49,494 nt of DNA from an uncultured Dehalococcoidales bacterium (lineage in GTDB: Bacteria > Chloroflexota > Dehalococcoidia > Dehalococcoidales > BS750m-G39). Below are positions 10,400-20,505 of the stretch, in pieces. The stretch's first letter is position 1. Every line of letters begins with the position of its first letter. Under the pieces are notes generated by a model that worked only from the letters and a program-made list of their open reading frames with translations, had not been told where the DNA came from and ran no database searches. The stretch spans positions 1-49,494 of the forward strand of contig CAZYZL010000001.1 of the NCBI GenBank assembly GCA_964652005.1. Reading direction: 5' to 3'. Position numbers and translations under genes: made by a program.

Positions 10400-10623
10400 T
10401 AGCTATTCTCCTTGTCTTGCTTGCTACGCAGCAGAGGTAAAAGCATCTGATAAACGCCATAGAAAGCAACAATTATGCCTAATAGTAAACCAACAATCAC
10501 TAAAATAGGCTCAGTATTAAACTTGCTATCAGCCCAGAGTCCGGCAAATACACCCAAGGCAATTGAACCGCCGATGAAAAAACCGACACCAGTTAACCTT
10601 AAAGCTGCAGCCAACCTGCTCAT
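10399..10623 (-). CDS. AtpZ/AtpI-like small membrane protein (ATPase_gene1 family), first gene of the atp operon
   Basis: A 74-aa protein with two TM segments. The pattern GGSIALGVFAGLWADSKFNTEPILVIVGLLLGI is typical of AtpZ-type proteins. Confidence 0.7.
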   Translation of the reverse strand: MSRLAAALRLTGVGFFIGGSIALGVFAGLWADSKFNTEPILVIVGLLLGIIVAFYGVYQMLLPLLRSKQDKENS

Positions 10624-10632
10624 GCCGTCAGC

Positions 10633-10661
10633 AGCATATCAAATCTACTCCCTATGGTCAA
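10633..10661 (-). promoter_or_regulatory. Putative sigma70-type promoter of the atp operon
   Basis: On the minus strand: TTGACC (10661-10656), a 17-nt spacer, then TATGCT (10638-10633). Only 9 nt separate the -10 from the AtpZ-like ATG, and no SD is present. Confidence 0.4.
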
Positions 10662-10678
10662 GCTCGCTTTTGGTCACT

Positions 10679-10718
10679 AAAGAGCCCTAGACCTTTCAGC
10701 TCTAGGGCTCTTTATTCT
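10679..10718 (-). terminator. Strong hairpin, probably the terminator of the upstream Zn-ribbon gene, insulating the atp promoter
   Basis: AAAGAGCCCTAGA (10679-10691), a 9-nt loop, then TCTAGGGCTCTTT (10701-10713). This is a 13-bp perfect stem with flanking T/A runs on both strands. Confidence 0.6.
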
Positions 10719-10734
10719 CAAACCCTCAGACTAG

Positions 10735-11064
10735 CTATTTCCGACTAAAAAACCGAGAAAAGTCCCCATCAAAGGTCTCTAAGAAATTATGCATATCCAA
10801 CACCTCATCCGCCGTCAGCCTACCCGCATTCTTAAATTTATTTACTTCCGCCCCAGTAAGGTCAGTAATAACCTCAGGCGCCCTTCCTTCCTTAATTACT
10901 GCTGCCACTAAATACTGGGTATGGCAAGTTGAACAAAACACCTTCAAAAACCACAAATCTTCCTGACGACCCAGAACACTAACATTAGCTGACTCATAAC
11001 ACTGCCCGCAAACACCACACTTCATTAAGGTCATCACTCGCTTAATAACATTTTCCTTCATCAA
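10735..11064 (-). CDS. Hypothetical Zn-ribbon-like protein
   Basis: A 109-aa ORF with CGVCGQC...CSTCH, that is CxxC(x2)C ... CxxC spacing. I recognise no family. Confidence 0.5.
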   Translation of the reverse strand: MMKENVIKRVMTLMKCGVCGQCYESANVSVLGRQEDLWFLKVFCSTCHTQYLVAAVIKEGRAPEVITDLTGAEVNKFKNAGRLTADEVLDMHNFLETFDGDFSRFFSRK

Positions 11065-11102
11065 TGGGCTCCTGAATCTGCCTAAGGTGGGGAAAGTGGG
11101 GC

Positions 11103-11651
11103 TCAGGATTTACGCTTATCAAAGTCTTCTAAATCAAGGGTGTTGATGAAATCATAGAAAGCGGACATCTTTTTTAGCTCTTCCTCACTGACCTTCCCAC
11201 TGCCAGCGGCACCGGTTTCACTCTCTTGAGGAATAGGTTTGCCCGTCTCCTTGTCTAATAAGATGCCGGCTTTATCTAAAACTGCCTCATCGGCATAGAT
11301 AGGCACGCCTACCCTTACCGCCAGCGCCAGGGCATCGCTGGGACGAGAGTCGACTTCCATTTGCTTCCCATCTACATTAAGGATAATCTTGGCATAAAAG
11401 GTATCGTTTTTGAGGTCACTGACAATGATAGAGTTAATAGTCGCCCCCAGGGCATCAATGACCGAGCGCAGTAAGTCGTGAGTTAATGGTCTTGGCACGG
11501 TAACATCCTGAAGTTTCACTGCTATGGCATCTGCTTCCGCAGGACCAATCCAGATAGGTAGATAGCGCTCTGCCGTCTTTTCTTTCAGAATCACCACCCG
11601 TTGATAGTTCATCAGACTGACCCTGATACTATCAATAGTCATCTCTATCAT
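11103..11651 (-). CDS. Bifunctional nuclease (BFN / DUF151) family protein
   Basis: LPIWIGPAEADAIA...RPLTHDLL...DSRPSDALALAVRVGVPIY matches the BFN-domain pattern. I set the start at MIEMTID (ATG at 11651), which has GGAGG 7 nt upstream. Confidence 0.75.
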   Translation of the reverse strand: MIEMTIDSIRVSLMNYQRVVILKEKTAERYLPIWIGPAEADAIAVKLQDVTVPRPLTHDLLRSVIDALGATINSIIVSDLKNDTFYAKIILNVDGKQMEVDSRPSDALALAVRVGVPIYADEAVLDKAGILLDKETGKPIPQESETGAAGSGKVSEEELKKMSAFYDFINTLDLEDFDKRKS

Positions 11652-11743
11652 AGTCACACCTCCTCTATTTCTCGCCAGCATTTCAATTTTACTCTACATA
11701 TCCCCTACTGTCAACCTTAAAATTGCGGGGTTTACTTAAGCAT

Positions 11744-11771
11744 TTAGACAAACGCCTCATTATGGTATAAT
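11744..11771 (+). promoter_or_regulatory. Putative extended -10 promoter for ppsA
   Basis: TTAGAC (11744-11749), a 16-nt spacer, then TGgTATAAT (TG at 11763-64, TATAAT at 11766-11771). Confidence 0.45.
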
Positions 11772-11882
11772 AAACTATAACTACCCAGTAGAAGCTTCAA
11801 TCAGCCAAGCTAAGAATAGTGAACAAATGTTTCATTTAGTCCCCTAGCCCTGATTAAAGGATAACTGCAAGGAGGTATAGGT

Positions 11883-14138
11883 ATGCGCCAGGGTCAAAAG
11901 GACATCGTCTGGTTTAATGAGGTAACCAAGAAGGATGTACCCACTGTCGGCGGCAAGGGAGCCAATCTCGGCGAAATGACTAATGCTAACATACCTGTCC
12001 CCCCAGGCTTCATTGTAACCGCAGACGCCTATTTTGACTTCCTAGAAAAGTCAAAACTTACCGATAAAATTCACCACCGGCTACAGCCACTAGACCCCGG
12101 CGATAGCAAACAGCTTCAACAGGTAGCTGCCCAGATTAAGCAGCTAATTCTAGACACTGCTATGCCACTGAAGTTAGCCAAAGAGATTGAACAGGCCTAC
12201 ATCAAGATGGGCAGAGGTTTGGTTGCTGTGCGCTCCTCGGCTACTGCTGAAGACCTGCCCGAGGCTTCCTTTGCCGGTCAGCAACGCACCTTCCTCAATG
12301 TGCAGGGAGAAAAGGAGGTGGTGGCCGCCGTCCAGGGGTGCTGGGCATCCCTCTTTGAACCACGGGCTATCTTCTACAGGCACCAGCAGGGTTTCGACCA
12401 CTTCAAGGTTGGTATCGCTGTACCGGTACAAAAAATGGTTCAATCTCAAGCCTCAGGGGTAATGTTTACTATAGAACCGGTAACCAGTGACAACAGCAAG
12501 ATTGTTATTGAGGCTGTCTATGGGCTGGGTGAGGCTATCGTCTCGGGAGAGGTAACCCCCGACCTGTACATCATAGATAAAGAGGGGTTGAAAATTAGCA
12601 CTAAGAAAGTAGCTAAACAAGAGACGCAGCTAATTAGGAATCCGGCCGCCGTTCAGGGAGAGGCTAATATTTGGGTGCCAATCGCACCAGCAGAGCAAAA
12701 CCAGCCAAAGTTAACCGATGACGACATAATCAGCCTAGCCAAGCTGGGAAAACAGCTTGAGGACTGGTATCAATTCCCCCAGGATATTGAGTGGGCAAAA
12801 GATGAAAAGAAAATCTTTATCGTTCAAACTCGCCCGGTAACCACCATCAAGGAGGTGACTGAGGTTATACCTGAAATCAAAGCCCCGGTGCTTCTCACCG
12901 GAGCTCCCGCCAGTCCAGGCATGGCTTCAGGACCGGTGAAAATAGTCCCCGAGCCGTCACAAATAGACAAGGTAAAAACGGGCAATATCCTGGTCGCCGA
13001 AATGACCACCCCCGACTTTGTGCCGGCGATGAAACGAGCCGCAGCTATCGTGACCGACCGCGGCGGTAGAACTGCCCATGCCGCTATTGTCAGTCGAGAG
13101 CTGGGTATTCCCTGCGTTGTCGGCACTGAGCAGGCAACAACTACCCTGACCGATGGGCAAATAATCACTGTAGACGGCTCGCGGGGTAAGGTGTATCAGG
13201 GCAAAATAGCCAAGGAAAAAATGACTGTAGTTACCAATATTCTCAGGGAAGAGATTAAGACCAAGACCAAGGTCTATGTAAATCTGGCTCAACCTGAGCT
13301 GGCTGAAGCCGTGGCTGCCCGTAATGTTGATGGCGTCGGCTTACTCCGCGCCGAGTTCATGATTGCCCAGATTGGTGAGCACCCCCGGTATATGATTAGC
13401 CAGAACCGGGGACGAGAATTTGTGGACAAACTGGCAAAAGGCATTGAAACCTTCGCCACGGCGTTTAACCCCCGCCCGGTAGTTTACCGAACTACCGATT
13501 TCAAGACCAATGAATATAGAGAGCTCACCGGTGGGCAGGAATACGAGGAGATTGAGGAGAACCCCATGCTCGGCTACAGGGGAGCTTCACGCTATATCCA
13601 CGACCTTGACATGTTTAAACTAGAACTAGAAGCCATAAAAAGGGTGAGACGGAAGTACAAAAATCTATGGGTGATGATTCCCTTCGTCAGGACGGTGGAG
13701 GAACTGGCTAGAACCAAGGAAATTTTGGAATCTGAGGGACTAAAGCGCTCTGATGACTTCAAGCTGTGGATGATGGTTGAGGTACCGTCTAACATCTTCC
13801 TTATGGAGAAGTTCCTTGAAGTCGGCATTGATGGCATATCCATCGGCTCAAATGACCTGACCCAGCTTATCCTGGGAATTGACCGGGATAGTGGGAAGCT
13901 AGCTAAGGAATTTGATGAGCGAAACGAGGCGGTACTTGTCGCTCTAGAGAGGGCAATCAAGGTATCCAAGGCTATGGGTGTCACTTCCTCTATCTGCGGG
14001 CAGGCACCCTCCGTCTACCCCGAGCTTACTGAAAAGCTGGTAGAATGGGGTATTACTTCGGTTTCAGTAAGCCCGGATATGATTGGCACCACCAGAGAGA
14101 CAATCGCTAAGGCAGAAGCAAGATTACAAGGCAGATGA
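11883..14138 (+). CDS. ppsA: Phosphoenolpyruvate synthase (pyruvate, water dikinase)
   Basis: An ATP-grasp N-terminal domain, the phosphohistidine motif GGRTAHAAIVSRELGIPCVVG, and a PEP-utilising C-terminal domain. The SD is AGGAGG. Confidence 0.9.
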   Translation: MRQGQKDIVWFNEVTKKDVPTVGGKGANLGEMTNANIPVPPGFIVTADAYFDFLEKSKLTDKIHHRLQPLDPGDSKQLQQVAAQIKQLILDTAMPLKLAKEIEQAYIKMGRGLVAVRSSATAEDLPEASFAGQQRTFLNVQGEKEVVAAVQGCWASLFEPRAIFYRHQQGFDHFKVGIAVPVQKMVQSQASGVMFTIEPVTSDNSKIVIEAVYGLGEAIVSGEVTPDLYIIDKEGLKISTKKVAKQETQLIRNPAAVQGEANIWVPIAPAEQNQPKLTDDDIISLAKLGKQLEDWYQFPQDIEWAKDEKKIFIVQTRPVTTIKEVTEVIPEIKAPVLLTGAPASPGMASGPVKIVPEPSQIDKVKTGNILVAEMTTPDFVPAMKRAAAIVTDRGGRTAHAAIVSRELGIPCVVGTEQATTTLTDGQIITVDGSRGKVYQGKIAKEKMTVVTNILREEIKTKTKVYVNLAQPELAEAVAARNVDGVGLLRAEFMIAQIGEHPRYMISQNRGREFVDKLAKGIETFATAFNPRPVVYRTTDFKTNEYRELTGGQEYEEIEENPMLGYRGASRYIHDLDMFKLELEAIKRVRRKYKNLWVMIPFVRTVEELARTKEILESEGLKRSDDFKLWMMVEVPSNIFLMEKFLEVGIDGISIGSNDLTQLILGIDRDSGKLAKEFDERNEAVLVALERAIKVSKAMGVTSSICGQAPSVYPELTEKLVEWGITSVSVSPDMIGTTRETIAKAEARLQGR

Positions 14139-15187
14139 TCAGTCAGCTTAATATCCGCCAACTAGCTGAAGAAAGGGAGGAGAGTCTTTCCCCTTATGCC
14201 GTGAAAAGCAAGCTATCGCGGGGCAGGCTGAAATACGAGCCACCCTGTCCGGTGCGCACCGCCTTTCAGCATGACCGTGACCGCATTATCCACTGTAAGG
14301 CGTTTCGCCGCCTCAAGCATAAGACACAGGTCTTCATTGCCCCCTTAGGTGACCACTACGTAACCCGACTCACCCATACCCTGGAGGTTTCTCAAATCGC
14401 CCGCACTATTGCTCGTGCCCTAAACCTCAATGAGGATTTAACCGAGGCAATCGCCTTAGGCCATGACTTGGGACACACCCCCTTCGGTCATGTTGGCGAG
14501 GAGGTTCTCGACGAGCTGTACCAGCCGGGCTTCAGACATAATGAGCAAAGCCTGCGCGTGGTCGACCTTCTGGAGAACAATGGTCACGGGCTCAACCTTA
14601 CCTGGGAGGTGAGGGACGGCATCCTGAACCACTCCAAGACCAGGGTAGATATCTGGGGGGAGGGCTGGGGAAAGGTAAATACCCTGGAGGGGGAGGTGGT
14701 TAAGATTTCAGATTCCGTGGCCTACATCAACCATGATATTGATGATGCCGTAAGAGCCAGCATGATTACCGAGGGCGATTTACCCCTCTCAGCCATTACC
14801 AAATTAGGTAATTCCCGCTCCCTCCGCATCAATACCATGGTCTGCGATATTATTGAGCGCTCATGGGCAGTAAGGGGTGATAGCCAGGGAAATCCCACTA
14901 TAACTATGAGCCCCGAGATTCTGGAGGCAACCAATACCCTGCGTGAATTTCTCTTTGAGCGGGTTTACAATGTCCGCTCAGCACAGGAGGAATCAGAACG
15001 GGCGAGGCAGGTGGTTCGGGCATTATATAAATACTTCAATGAGCATAAAGATAAACTGCCAGCAGAGTATAGTTTTTACAGCGATGAGCCAGAGCGAAGG
15101 GTGGTTGACTACATCGCCGGCATGACCGACCAGTATGCCCTGAGGCTGGCTGAAGAACTGTCTTTGACTAAAGGCAAGGCTAAATAA
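14135..15187 (+). CDS. dgt: dGTP triphosphohydrolase-like HD-domain protein
   Basis: FQHDRDRIIHCKAFRRLKHKTQVF...THTLEVSQI...GHDLGHTPFGH is the Dgt-like HD signature. The ATGA overlaps the ppsA stop. Confidence 0.85.
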   Translation: MISQLNIRQLAEEREESLSPYAVKSKLSRGRLKYEPPCPVRTAFQHDRDRIIHCKAFRRLKHKTQVFIAPLGDHYVTRLTHTLEVSQIARTIARALNLNEDLTEAIALGHDLGHTPFGHVGEEVLDELYQPGFRHNEQSLRVVDLLENNGHGLNLTWEVRDGILNHSKTRVDIWGEGWGKVNTLEGEVVKISDSVAYINHDIDDAVRASMITEGDLPLSAITKLGNSRSLRINTMVCDIIERSWAVRGDSQGNPTITMSPEILEATNTLREFLFERVYNVRSAQEESERARQVVRALYKYFNEHKDKLPAEYSFYSDEPERRVVDYIAGMTDQYALRLAEELSLTKGKAK

Positions 15188-15219
15188 CAAATAATTAAGG
15201 GAAGATTGAAGGGGAGTTA

Positions 15220-15373
15220 AAGAGGGGCGAAGCCTCTCTTATATAACCCATCCCCCTGACCCCCTTCCCTTAGTAAGGGAAGGGGGAGTAAAAGTAAGAG
15301 AGGGGGCAAAGCCCCCTCTCTAAAACCTCTTCTCCCTCTCTTTTGAAGGAGAGGGGGATAAAAGGGGAGAGGT
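15220..15373 (+). repeat. Modular three-hairpin intergenic repeat, copy D, inverted on the + strand relative to A-C
   Basis: The tail TAACCCATCCCCCTGA starts at 15244. H3 is CCCCCTTCCCTT-AGT-AAGGGAAGGGGG (15260-15286). H2 is AGAGAGGGGGC-AAA-GCCCCCTCTCT (15297-15321). A degenerate H1 is CCCTCTC-TTTTGAAG-GAGAGGG (15334-15355). An extra hairpin AGAGGGGCGAAGCCTCTCT lies at 15221-15239. Confidence 0.9.
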
Positions 15374-15390
15374 AGTAAAATATAATTAAA

Positions 15391-17172
15391 ATGGGCATTA
15401 TAGATGAGGTAAAACAGAGAGTAGACATCGTTGATGTGGTTAGCCAGTATGCCTCTTTAACCAAAGCCGGGCGAACCTTCAGGGCGCTATGCCCGTTCCA
15501 CAGTGAAAAGCACCCCTCCTTCTTCGTCTATCCTGAGCAGCAGAGCTGGCATTGCTTTGGCGCCTGCAGTACTGGCGGCGATGTCTTTTCCTTCATCATG
15601 AAAAAGCAGGGAATTGACTTTGGCGAAGCGCTGAGACTTCTTGCCCAAAGGGCAGGGGTTGCCATCCCGTCAAGATTTGAACCTAGGGCTGAAAGCGAGG
15701 AGAAGCAAAGGTTATATCAGGTTAACCAGGCAGCAGCCCAATATTTCCACAATCTGCTCCTAAGCTCCCCGGCTGGAGAAAAGGCAAGAAGTTATGTCAC
15801 AGGAAGAGGTTTCTCACTGAAAACCGCTGCCGACTTCCAGCTAGGCTTCAGCCCCGATAGCTGGGATGCCCTTAAGCAACACCTCATGGATAGAGGCTAT
15901 AGCCAGGGCGAACTGCTGACCGCCGGTTTAATAATAGAGGCGGAGGCAGGAAAAAGCCACGACCGGTTCCGCAACCGATTAATGTTCCCCATACATGACG
16001 TTAGAGGACGGATTACTGGATTTGGGGCTAGGGCGCTTGATGACTCACTACCCAAATACATCAATTCGCCGCAGACGCCAGTCTTTGATAAAAGTAGCAG
16101 CCTTTATGGCATAAACCTTGCCACCGAGGCTATCAGGCAACAGAATCTAGCAGTGATTGTCGAGGGCTACATGGACGTTATCACTGCCCACCAGAATGGT
16201 TTCCACAATGTAGTTGCCTCAATGGGAACCTCAGTCACCGAGAAACAGGTCAGCATTCTAAAGAGGCTAACCAAAAACATGGCCTTAGCCCTTGATGCTG
16301 ACACTGCTGGAGATGAAGCCACCCTACGGGCGGTGGATTATGAAAATACCCTTGATGCTGAGGTAAAGGTTATCATCCTGCCCAGAGGTCAAGACCCCGA
16401 TGATGTCATTAAACAAGATGCCAAAAGCTGGCAAAAACTGGTGGTAGAGGCTTTACCTATAGTTGATTATGCTTTCAATAGGGTTAGCTCTGAGCTTGAC
16501 CTGACTACAGCCAAGGGCAAGTCTTCAGCCGTGGATAAGCTTCTCCCCATCATCGCCGAGGTAAAAGACATCACACGCCAGGGATATTATTTAGACAGAC
16601 TGGCTCAATTGGTAAAACAGAGCCAGCACAGTATAGAGGCGGCTCTAAGTAGAATTAAACCTGACCGCCGGGTTAGGGAGTCAAAGCCGGAAGCGATGGC
16701 ACACGCCTTGCAGCCCCTCCGGTCCAGTCCTGTGGAGGAATATTGCCTGGCGCTTCTGCTGCACTACCCGGAGCTTAAACATAGGCAGGAGGGGCTTTTG
16801 CCGGAATACTTTGAAAATAGCGAAAACCGTGAAATCTTTATCGCTTGGCAACGGAGTGATAAAATAGAATTGCTCAAACAGGAGCTTGCCTCCGAAATTC
16901 ACGAGCACCTTGATTCTCTAGTAACCAGGAACTTATTAAGCACTGATATAGGGCAAAAATATGCTGAGTGCGCTCTCAGGCTACGGGAGAAATTCCTCCG
17001 CAGTCTGGCAACCAAGATAGAGGTGGTATTAACCGTAGAAGCTCAGTCAGGAGGCAAGACGGCTGAGCTGGCTAAACTTAAGGAGCTAGGGATAGAGGTC
17101 AATAGTCAGTTGGGCGAGGTTTTGGCTCAAAAAAGCCAGAGCCGGTTAGAGCAAAGGGGGATGAGGAAATGA
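15391..17172 (+). CDS. dnaG: DNA primase
   Basis: A zinc ribbon [25 protein letters not shown] and the TOPRIM motif EGYMDV. Confidence 0.95.
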   Translation: MGIIDEVKQRVDIVDVVSQYASLTKAGRTFRALCPFHSEKHPSFFVYPEQQSWHCFGACSTGGDVFSFIMKKQGIDFGEALRLLAQRAGVAIPSRFEPRAESEEKQRLYQVNQAAAQYFHNLLLSSPAGEKARSYVTGRGFSLKTAADFQLGFSPDSWDALKQHLMDRGYSQGELLTAGLIIEAEAGKSHDRFRNRLMFPIHDVRGRITGFGARALDDSLPKYINSPQTPVFDKSSSLYGINLATEAIRQQNLAVIVEGYMDVITAHQNGFHNVVASMGTSVTEKQVSILKRLTKNMALALDADTAGDEATLRAVDYENTLDAEVKVIILPRGQDPDDVIKQDAKSWQKLVVEALPIVDYAFNRVSSELDLTTAKGKSSAVDKLLPIIAEVKDITRQGYYLDRLAQLVKQSQHSIEAALSRIKPDRRVRESKPEAMAHALQPLRSSPVEEYCLALLLHYPELKHRQEGLLPEYFENSENREIFIAWQRSDKIELLKQELASEIHEHLDSLVTRNLLSTDIGQKYAECALRLREKFLRSLATKIEVVLTVEAQSGGKTAELAKLKELGIEVNSQLGEVLAQKSQSRLEQRGMRK

Positions 17173-18698
17173 GGCCAAAAAACAGCAAGGATAGTATCCA
17201 CTTCCCACCACAAAATAAGGACGATGAGCAGCTAAATACCGAGCCAGAGGAATCTGGTTTGCATGCCCTGTTCCCTGAATCTGAGGAGGAAATGGAGGCT
17301 GAAGGTAAAATTGAGCCAGGTCCGCCATGGCGCGAGGCAAGGCACCTTGAAATTGAAAAACCCGAGTCCAGCTTAGACTTAGAGCTGGAAACACCGCTAG
17401 AAGAACTGGAGGGGCAGGAGGTAGTAGACGACCCGGTTCGCATGTACCTCCATGAAATTGGCCGGGTGTCGCTTCTCACCGCTGAAGAGGAAAAGGATTT
17501 AGCTAGAAATATGGAGGAGGGTAGGCGCATTAAAGAGATTAAACAGGACTACCTGCAGAGACATGGGAGGGAGCCATCCGCCAGTGAAGTAATAATTACC
17601 ATACTCGAGGAGTTGTCTCAGGCTGCCCCTGTCATCCAGCTCCTCCAGGAACAGCTCCAGCTAGGTCGTGCTGCCAGCTTTATAGACAGCATTTCCAACC
17701 CTAAATTGCAAGCCAGCATTGATAGCGAGACAAGCCCACAAATAGCCCTGACTATCGCTCGCCAGACCAAAAAATCAATATCTGAAACCGAGGTGCTCAT
17801 CACTGAGCTATCACTAAATATTAATCTATTACCAAGAGAAGTCCTTGACGCTATCGGGGATAGCGTCTCTCTGGCTGACATGGAGACCTTGCTGACAAAG
17901 CCTGATTTCATCAATTCTATCCAGGCTTATGAGAAGCAGCTCCAGGTTTACCTGGAGAATATCAAGTGTGAGGCAGAAAAGGCGGAGAAACATCTTACTG
18001 AAGCCAACCTGCGTTTGGTGGTCAGCGTAGCCAAGAAACATATTGGACGAGGGATGTCGCTCCTTGACCTCATCCAGGAGGGGAATATCGGACTAATTAG
18101 AGCCGTGGAGAAATTTGATTACCGTAAAGGATATAAATTCAGCACCTATGCTACGTGGTGGATTCGTCAAGCTATCACTCGGTCTATAGCTGACCAGGCC
18201 CGGACTATCCGCATCCCGGTTCACATGGTTGAGACCATCAATAAACTACTACGGGTAAGCCGTCGTCTGGCTCAGGAATATGGGCGAGAGCCTACCGCCA
18301 AGGAAATCGGCAAAGAAATGGAAATACCCCCGGAAAAGGTCGGGGAGATAGTCAAGGTATCACAACTGCCGGTATCTCTGGAGTCACCAATGGGTGAGGA
18401 GGAAGACAGCCACCTGGGTGACTTTATAGAAGACCGCAATGCTTTACCGCCGGCTGACGCTGCCTCCAGGCAGCTACTTAAGGAGCAGATTGATGCCGTG
18501 CTGTCCACCCTCAGCCCTCGGGAGCAACGGGTGCTCCAGCTCAGGTTTGGTCTTGAAGACGGAAGAAGCCGAACCCTGGAGGAAGTGGGTAAGGAGTTTA
18601 GCGTTACCAGAGAGCGAATTCGCCAGATTGAAGCTAAAGCACTGCGTAAGCTCCGTCACCCCAGCCGAAGCCGAAGATTGAAGGATTACCTGGAATAA
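17169..18698 (+). CDS. rpoD: RNA polymerase primary sigma factor
   Basis: An acidic N-terminus, region 2 [37 protein letters not shown], and region 4.2 [20 protein letters not shown]. The ATGA overlaps the dnaG stop. Confidence 0.95.
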   Translation: MRPKNSKDSIHFPPQNKDDEQLNTEPEESGLHALFPESEEEMEAEGKIEPGPPWREARHLEIEKPESSLDLELETPLEELEGQEVVDDPVRMYLHEIGRVSLLTAEEEKDLARNMEEGRRIKEIKQDYLQRHGREPSASEVIITILEELSQAAPVIQLLQEQLQLGRAASFIDSISNPKLQASIDSETSPQIALTIARQTKKSISETEVLITELSLNINLLPREVLDAIGDSVSLADMETLLTKPDFINSIQAYEKQLQVYLENIKCEAEKAEKHLTEANLRLVVSVAKKHIGRGMSLLDLIQEGNIGLIRAVEKFDYRKGYKFSTYATWWIRQAITRSIADQARTIRIPVHMVETINKLLRVSRRLAQEYGREPTAKEIGKEMEIPPEKVGEIVKVSQLPVSLESPMGEEEDSHLGDFIEDRNALPPADAASRQLLKEQIDAVLSTLSPREQRVLQLRFGLEDGRSRTLEEVGKEFSVTRERIRQIEAKALRKLRHPSRSRRLKDYLE

Positions 18699-18705
18699 TT
18701 AAAAA

Positions 18706-20034
18706 CTAGCTAAACATTCCTCTTAAATTCTGCGGTAGTTTACCACCAACACCCAGCTTCATCAGCTTCTGCATCTGACGGAACTGGTTAAGGAGCTGAT
18801 TAACATCCTGTGGCGTTACCCCACTCCCCCTGGCGATGCGGCGGCGACGGCTACCGTCAATAATATTTGGATTATGTCTCTCCTCAAGGGTCATAGAAAG
18901 TATCATTGCCTCAACCTTCTTTAGCTGCTTCTCCTCCATGCCCTCAGGCAATCGCCTCGCCAGCTGTGAGGCTCCGGGCAGCATCTCCACCAGCTGGGCA
19001 ATGGGACCAATCTTCTTAATCTCCCTGAGCTGAGATAGAAAGTCCTCTAAATTGAAGCTGGCAGTTCGCACCTTCTTCTCCAGCTCCTTAACCCGCCGCT
19101 CATCAAAGGTCTTTTCCGCTTTCTCAATGAAGGTCAGTACATCACCCATACCCAGGATACGTGACGCCAGACGGTCAGGGTAAAACGGCTCAAAGGCATC
19201 AACCTTCTCACCGATACCGATAAACTTAATAGGCACGCCGCTAACCCACCGAATGGAAAGAGCCGCCCCACCCCGGGCATCCCCATCCATCTTGGTCAGG
19301 ATAAGCCCAGTCAAGCCTAGCCTGGAATTAAACTCTTCCGCCATCCGCACCGCATCCTGCCCGGTCATGGCATCAACCACCAGCAATACCTCAGCCGGCT
19401 TTAGCTCCTCCTTAACCTCAGCCAGCTCCTGCATCATTGGCTCATCTATGTGGAAACGACCGGCGGTATCAACTATAACCCAGGTAGCGGCTAGCTCTTT
19501 TGCCTGGCTCAGAGCATGGACACAAACATCCTTACTTCTGGAGCCAGCTGCCTCCCGATAAACTGGGATGTCAATCTGGTCGCCCAGAGTAACTAGCTGC
19601 TCTATAGCCGCCGGGCGGCGGTTATCGGCTGCCACCAAGAGCGGGCGCTGCCCGGAATGCTTAAGGTGAAGGGCTAGCTTGGCGGCGGTGGTGGTCTTGC
19701 CACAGCCCTGCAATCCCACCAGCATGGCTACGGAAAGAGGGTGCGGCGCTGCTACCAGGCGACTCTCCCCCCCACCCAGGGTAGCAATAAGCTCCTCATT
19801 AACGATTTTGATTATCTGCTGGGCTGGGGTCAGGCTTTGCAATACTTGAGCACCAAGGGAGCGCTCCCTCACCCTGACAGTAAAATCCTTGACCACTTTA
19901 AAATTTACATCTGCCTCCAGAAGGGCTAACCGAATCTGGCGCAGGGCATCATCTATATCCTTCTCGCTGAGCTTACCTTTACCGCTGAGCTTGCGAAATA
20001 CCGCACTTAACTTATCACTAAGAACCTCAAACAT
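18706..20034 (-). CDS. ffh: Signal recognition particle protein Ffh
   Basis: An NG domain with GLQGCGKTTT and DTAGR, plus a Met-rich M domain. Confidence 0.95.
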   Translation of the reverse strand: MFEVLSDKLSAVFRKLSGKGKLSEKDIDDALRQIRLALLEADVNFKVVKDFTVRVRERSLGAQVLQSLTPAQQIIKIVNEELIATLGGGESRLVAAPHPLSVAMLVGLQGCGKTTTAAKLALHLKHSGQRPLLVAADNRRPAAIEQLVTLGDQIDIPVYREAAGSRSKDVCVHALSQAKELAATWVIVDTAGRFHIDEPMMQELAEVKEELKPAEVLLVVDAMTGQDAVRMAEEFNSRLGLTGLILTKMDGDARGGAALSIRWVSGVPIKFIGIGEKVDAFEPFYPDRLASRILGMGDVLTFIEKAEKTFDERRVKELEKKVRTASFNLEDFLSQLREIKKIGPIAQLVEMLPGASQLARRLPEGMEEKQLKKVEAMILSMTLEERHNPNIIDGSRRRRIARGSGVTPQDVNQLLNQFRQMQKLMKLGVGGKLPQNLRGMFS

Positions 20035-20204
20035 AGTGATTCCATTCTAATTGGGGGTGCCTTCGCCGTCAAGCATATCATGTAACCCTCTCAGGTCATC
20101 CACATAGTCCCGCACTACCTCTCGAAATAATCCAGAGAAGGAAGGAGGCAAAGAGGAGGACATTACAGGTAAGAATCGTCAGCATTCACTTTGTTCAAAT
20201 TGCC

Positions 20205-20495
20205 CTAACCGCCTGCAGCGAGAGGGAAAATATGCAAAACATCTCCCCCCCTCAGCTTGACCTGCCGCAGGCTTTGCCTGCTGACATTATGACCGTTAAG
20301 CAGAAGAAGGCAATAATCCTGTATCTCCTGGTCAGCTTGGATTCCAAGCGCTTGGAGCTTTGCCCGAAGCTGCGCTCCAAACTTCTCTTCCACTTGAGCC
20401 ATCACCTGGCCTACATCAGCTGCTTCCAGAGACAAAGTATCTAGTCCCAGATAAGCGCGCCAAAAGGCGTAAAACTTCACAGTGATTGATGCCAT
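20205..20495 (-). CDS. MoaD/ThiS-family beta-grasp sulfur-carrier or ubiquitin-like protein ending in Gly-Gly
   Basis: A 96-aa protein ending ...GGDVLHIFPLAAGG, placed immediately downstream of an E1-like gene. Confidence 0.75.
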   Translation of the reverse strand: MASITVKFYAFWRAYLGLDTLSLEAADVGQVMAQVEEKFGAQLRAKLQALGIQADQEIQDYCLLLLNGHNVSRQSLRQVKLRGGDVLHIFPLAAGG

Positions 20496-20505
20496 CTTCT
20501 ATCCT

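Noticed and set aside
20047-20163. 38-aa minus-strand ORF (MSSSLPPSFSGLFREVVRDYVDDLRGLHDMLDGEGTPN) just upstream of ffh, considered as a YlxM-like small gene
   Set aside because: It has no SD-like sequence before its ATG, is far shorter than YlxM, and shows no recognisable motif. I cannot support it from sequence alone.
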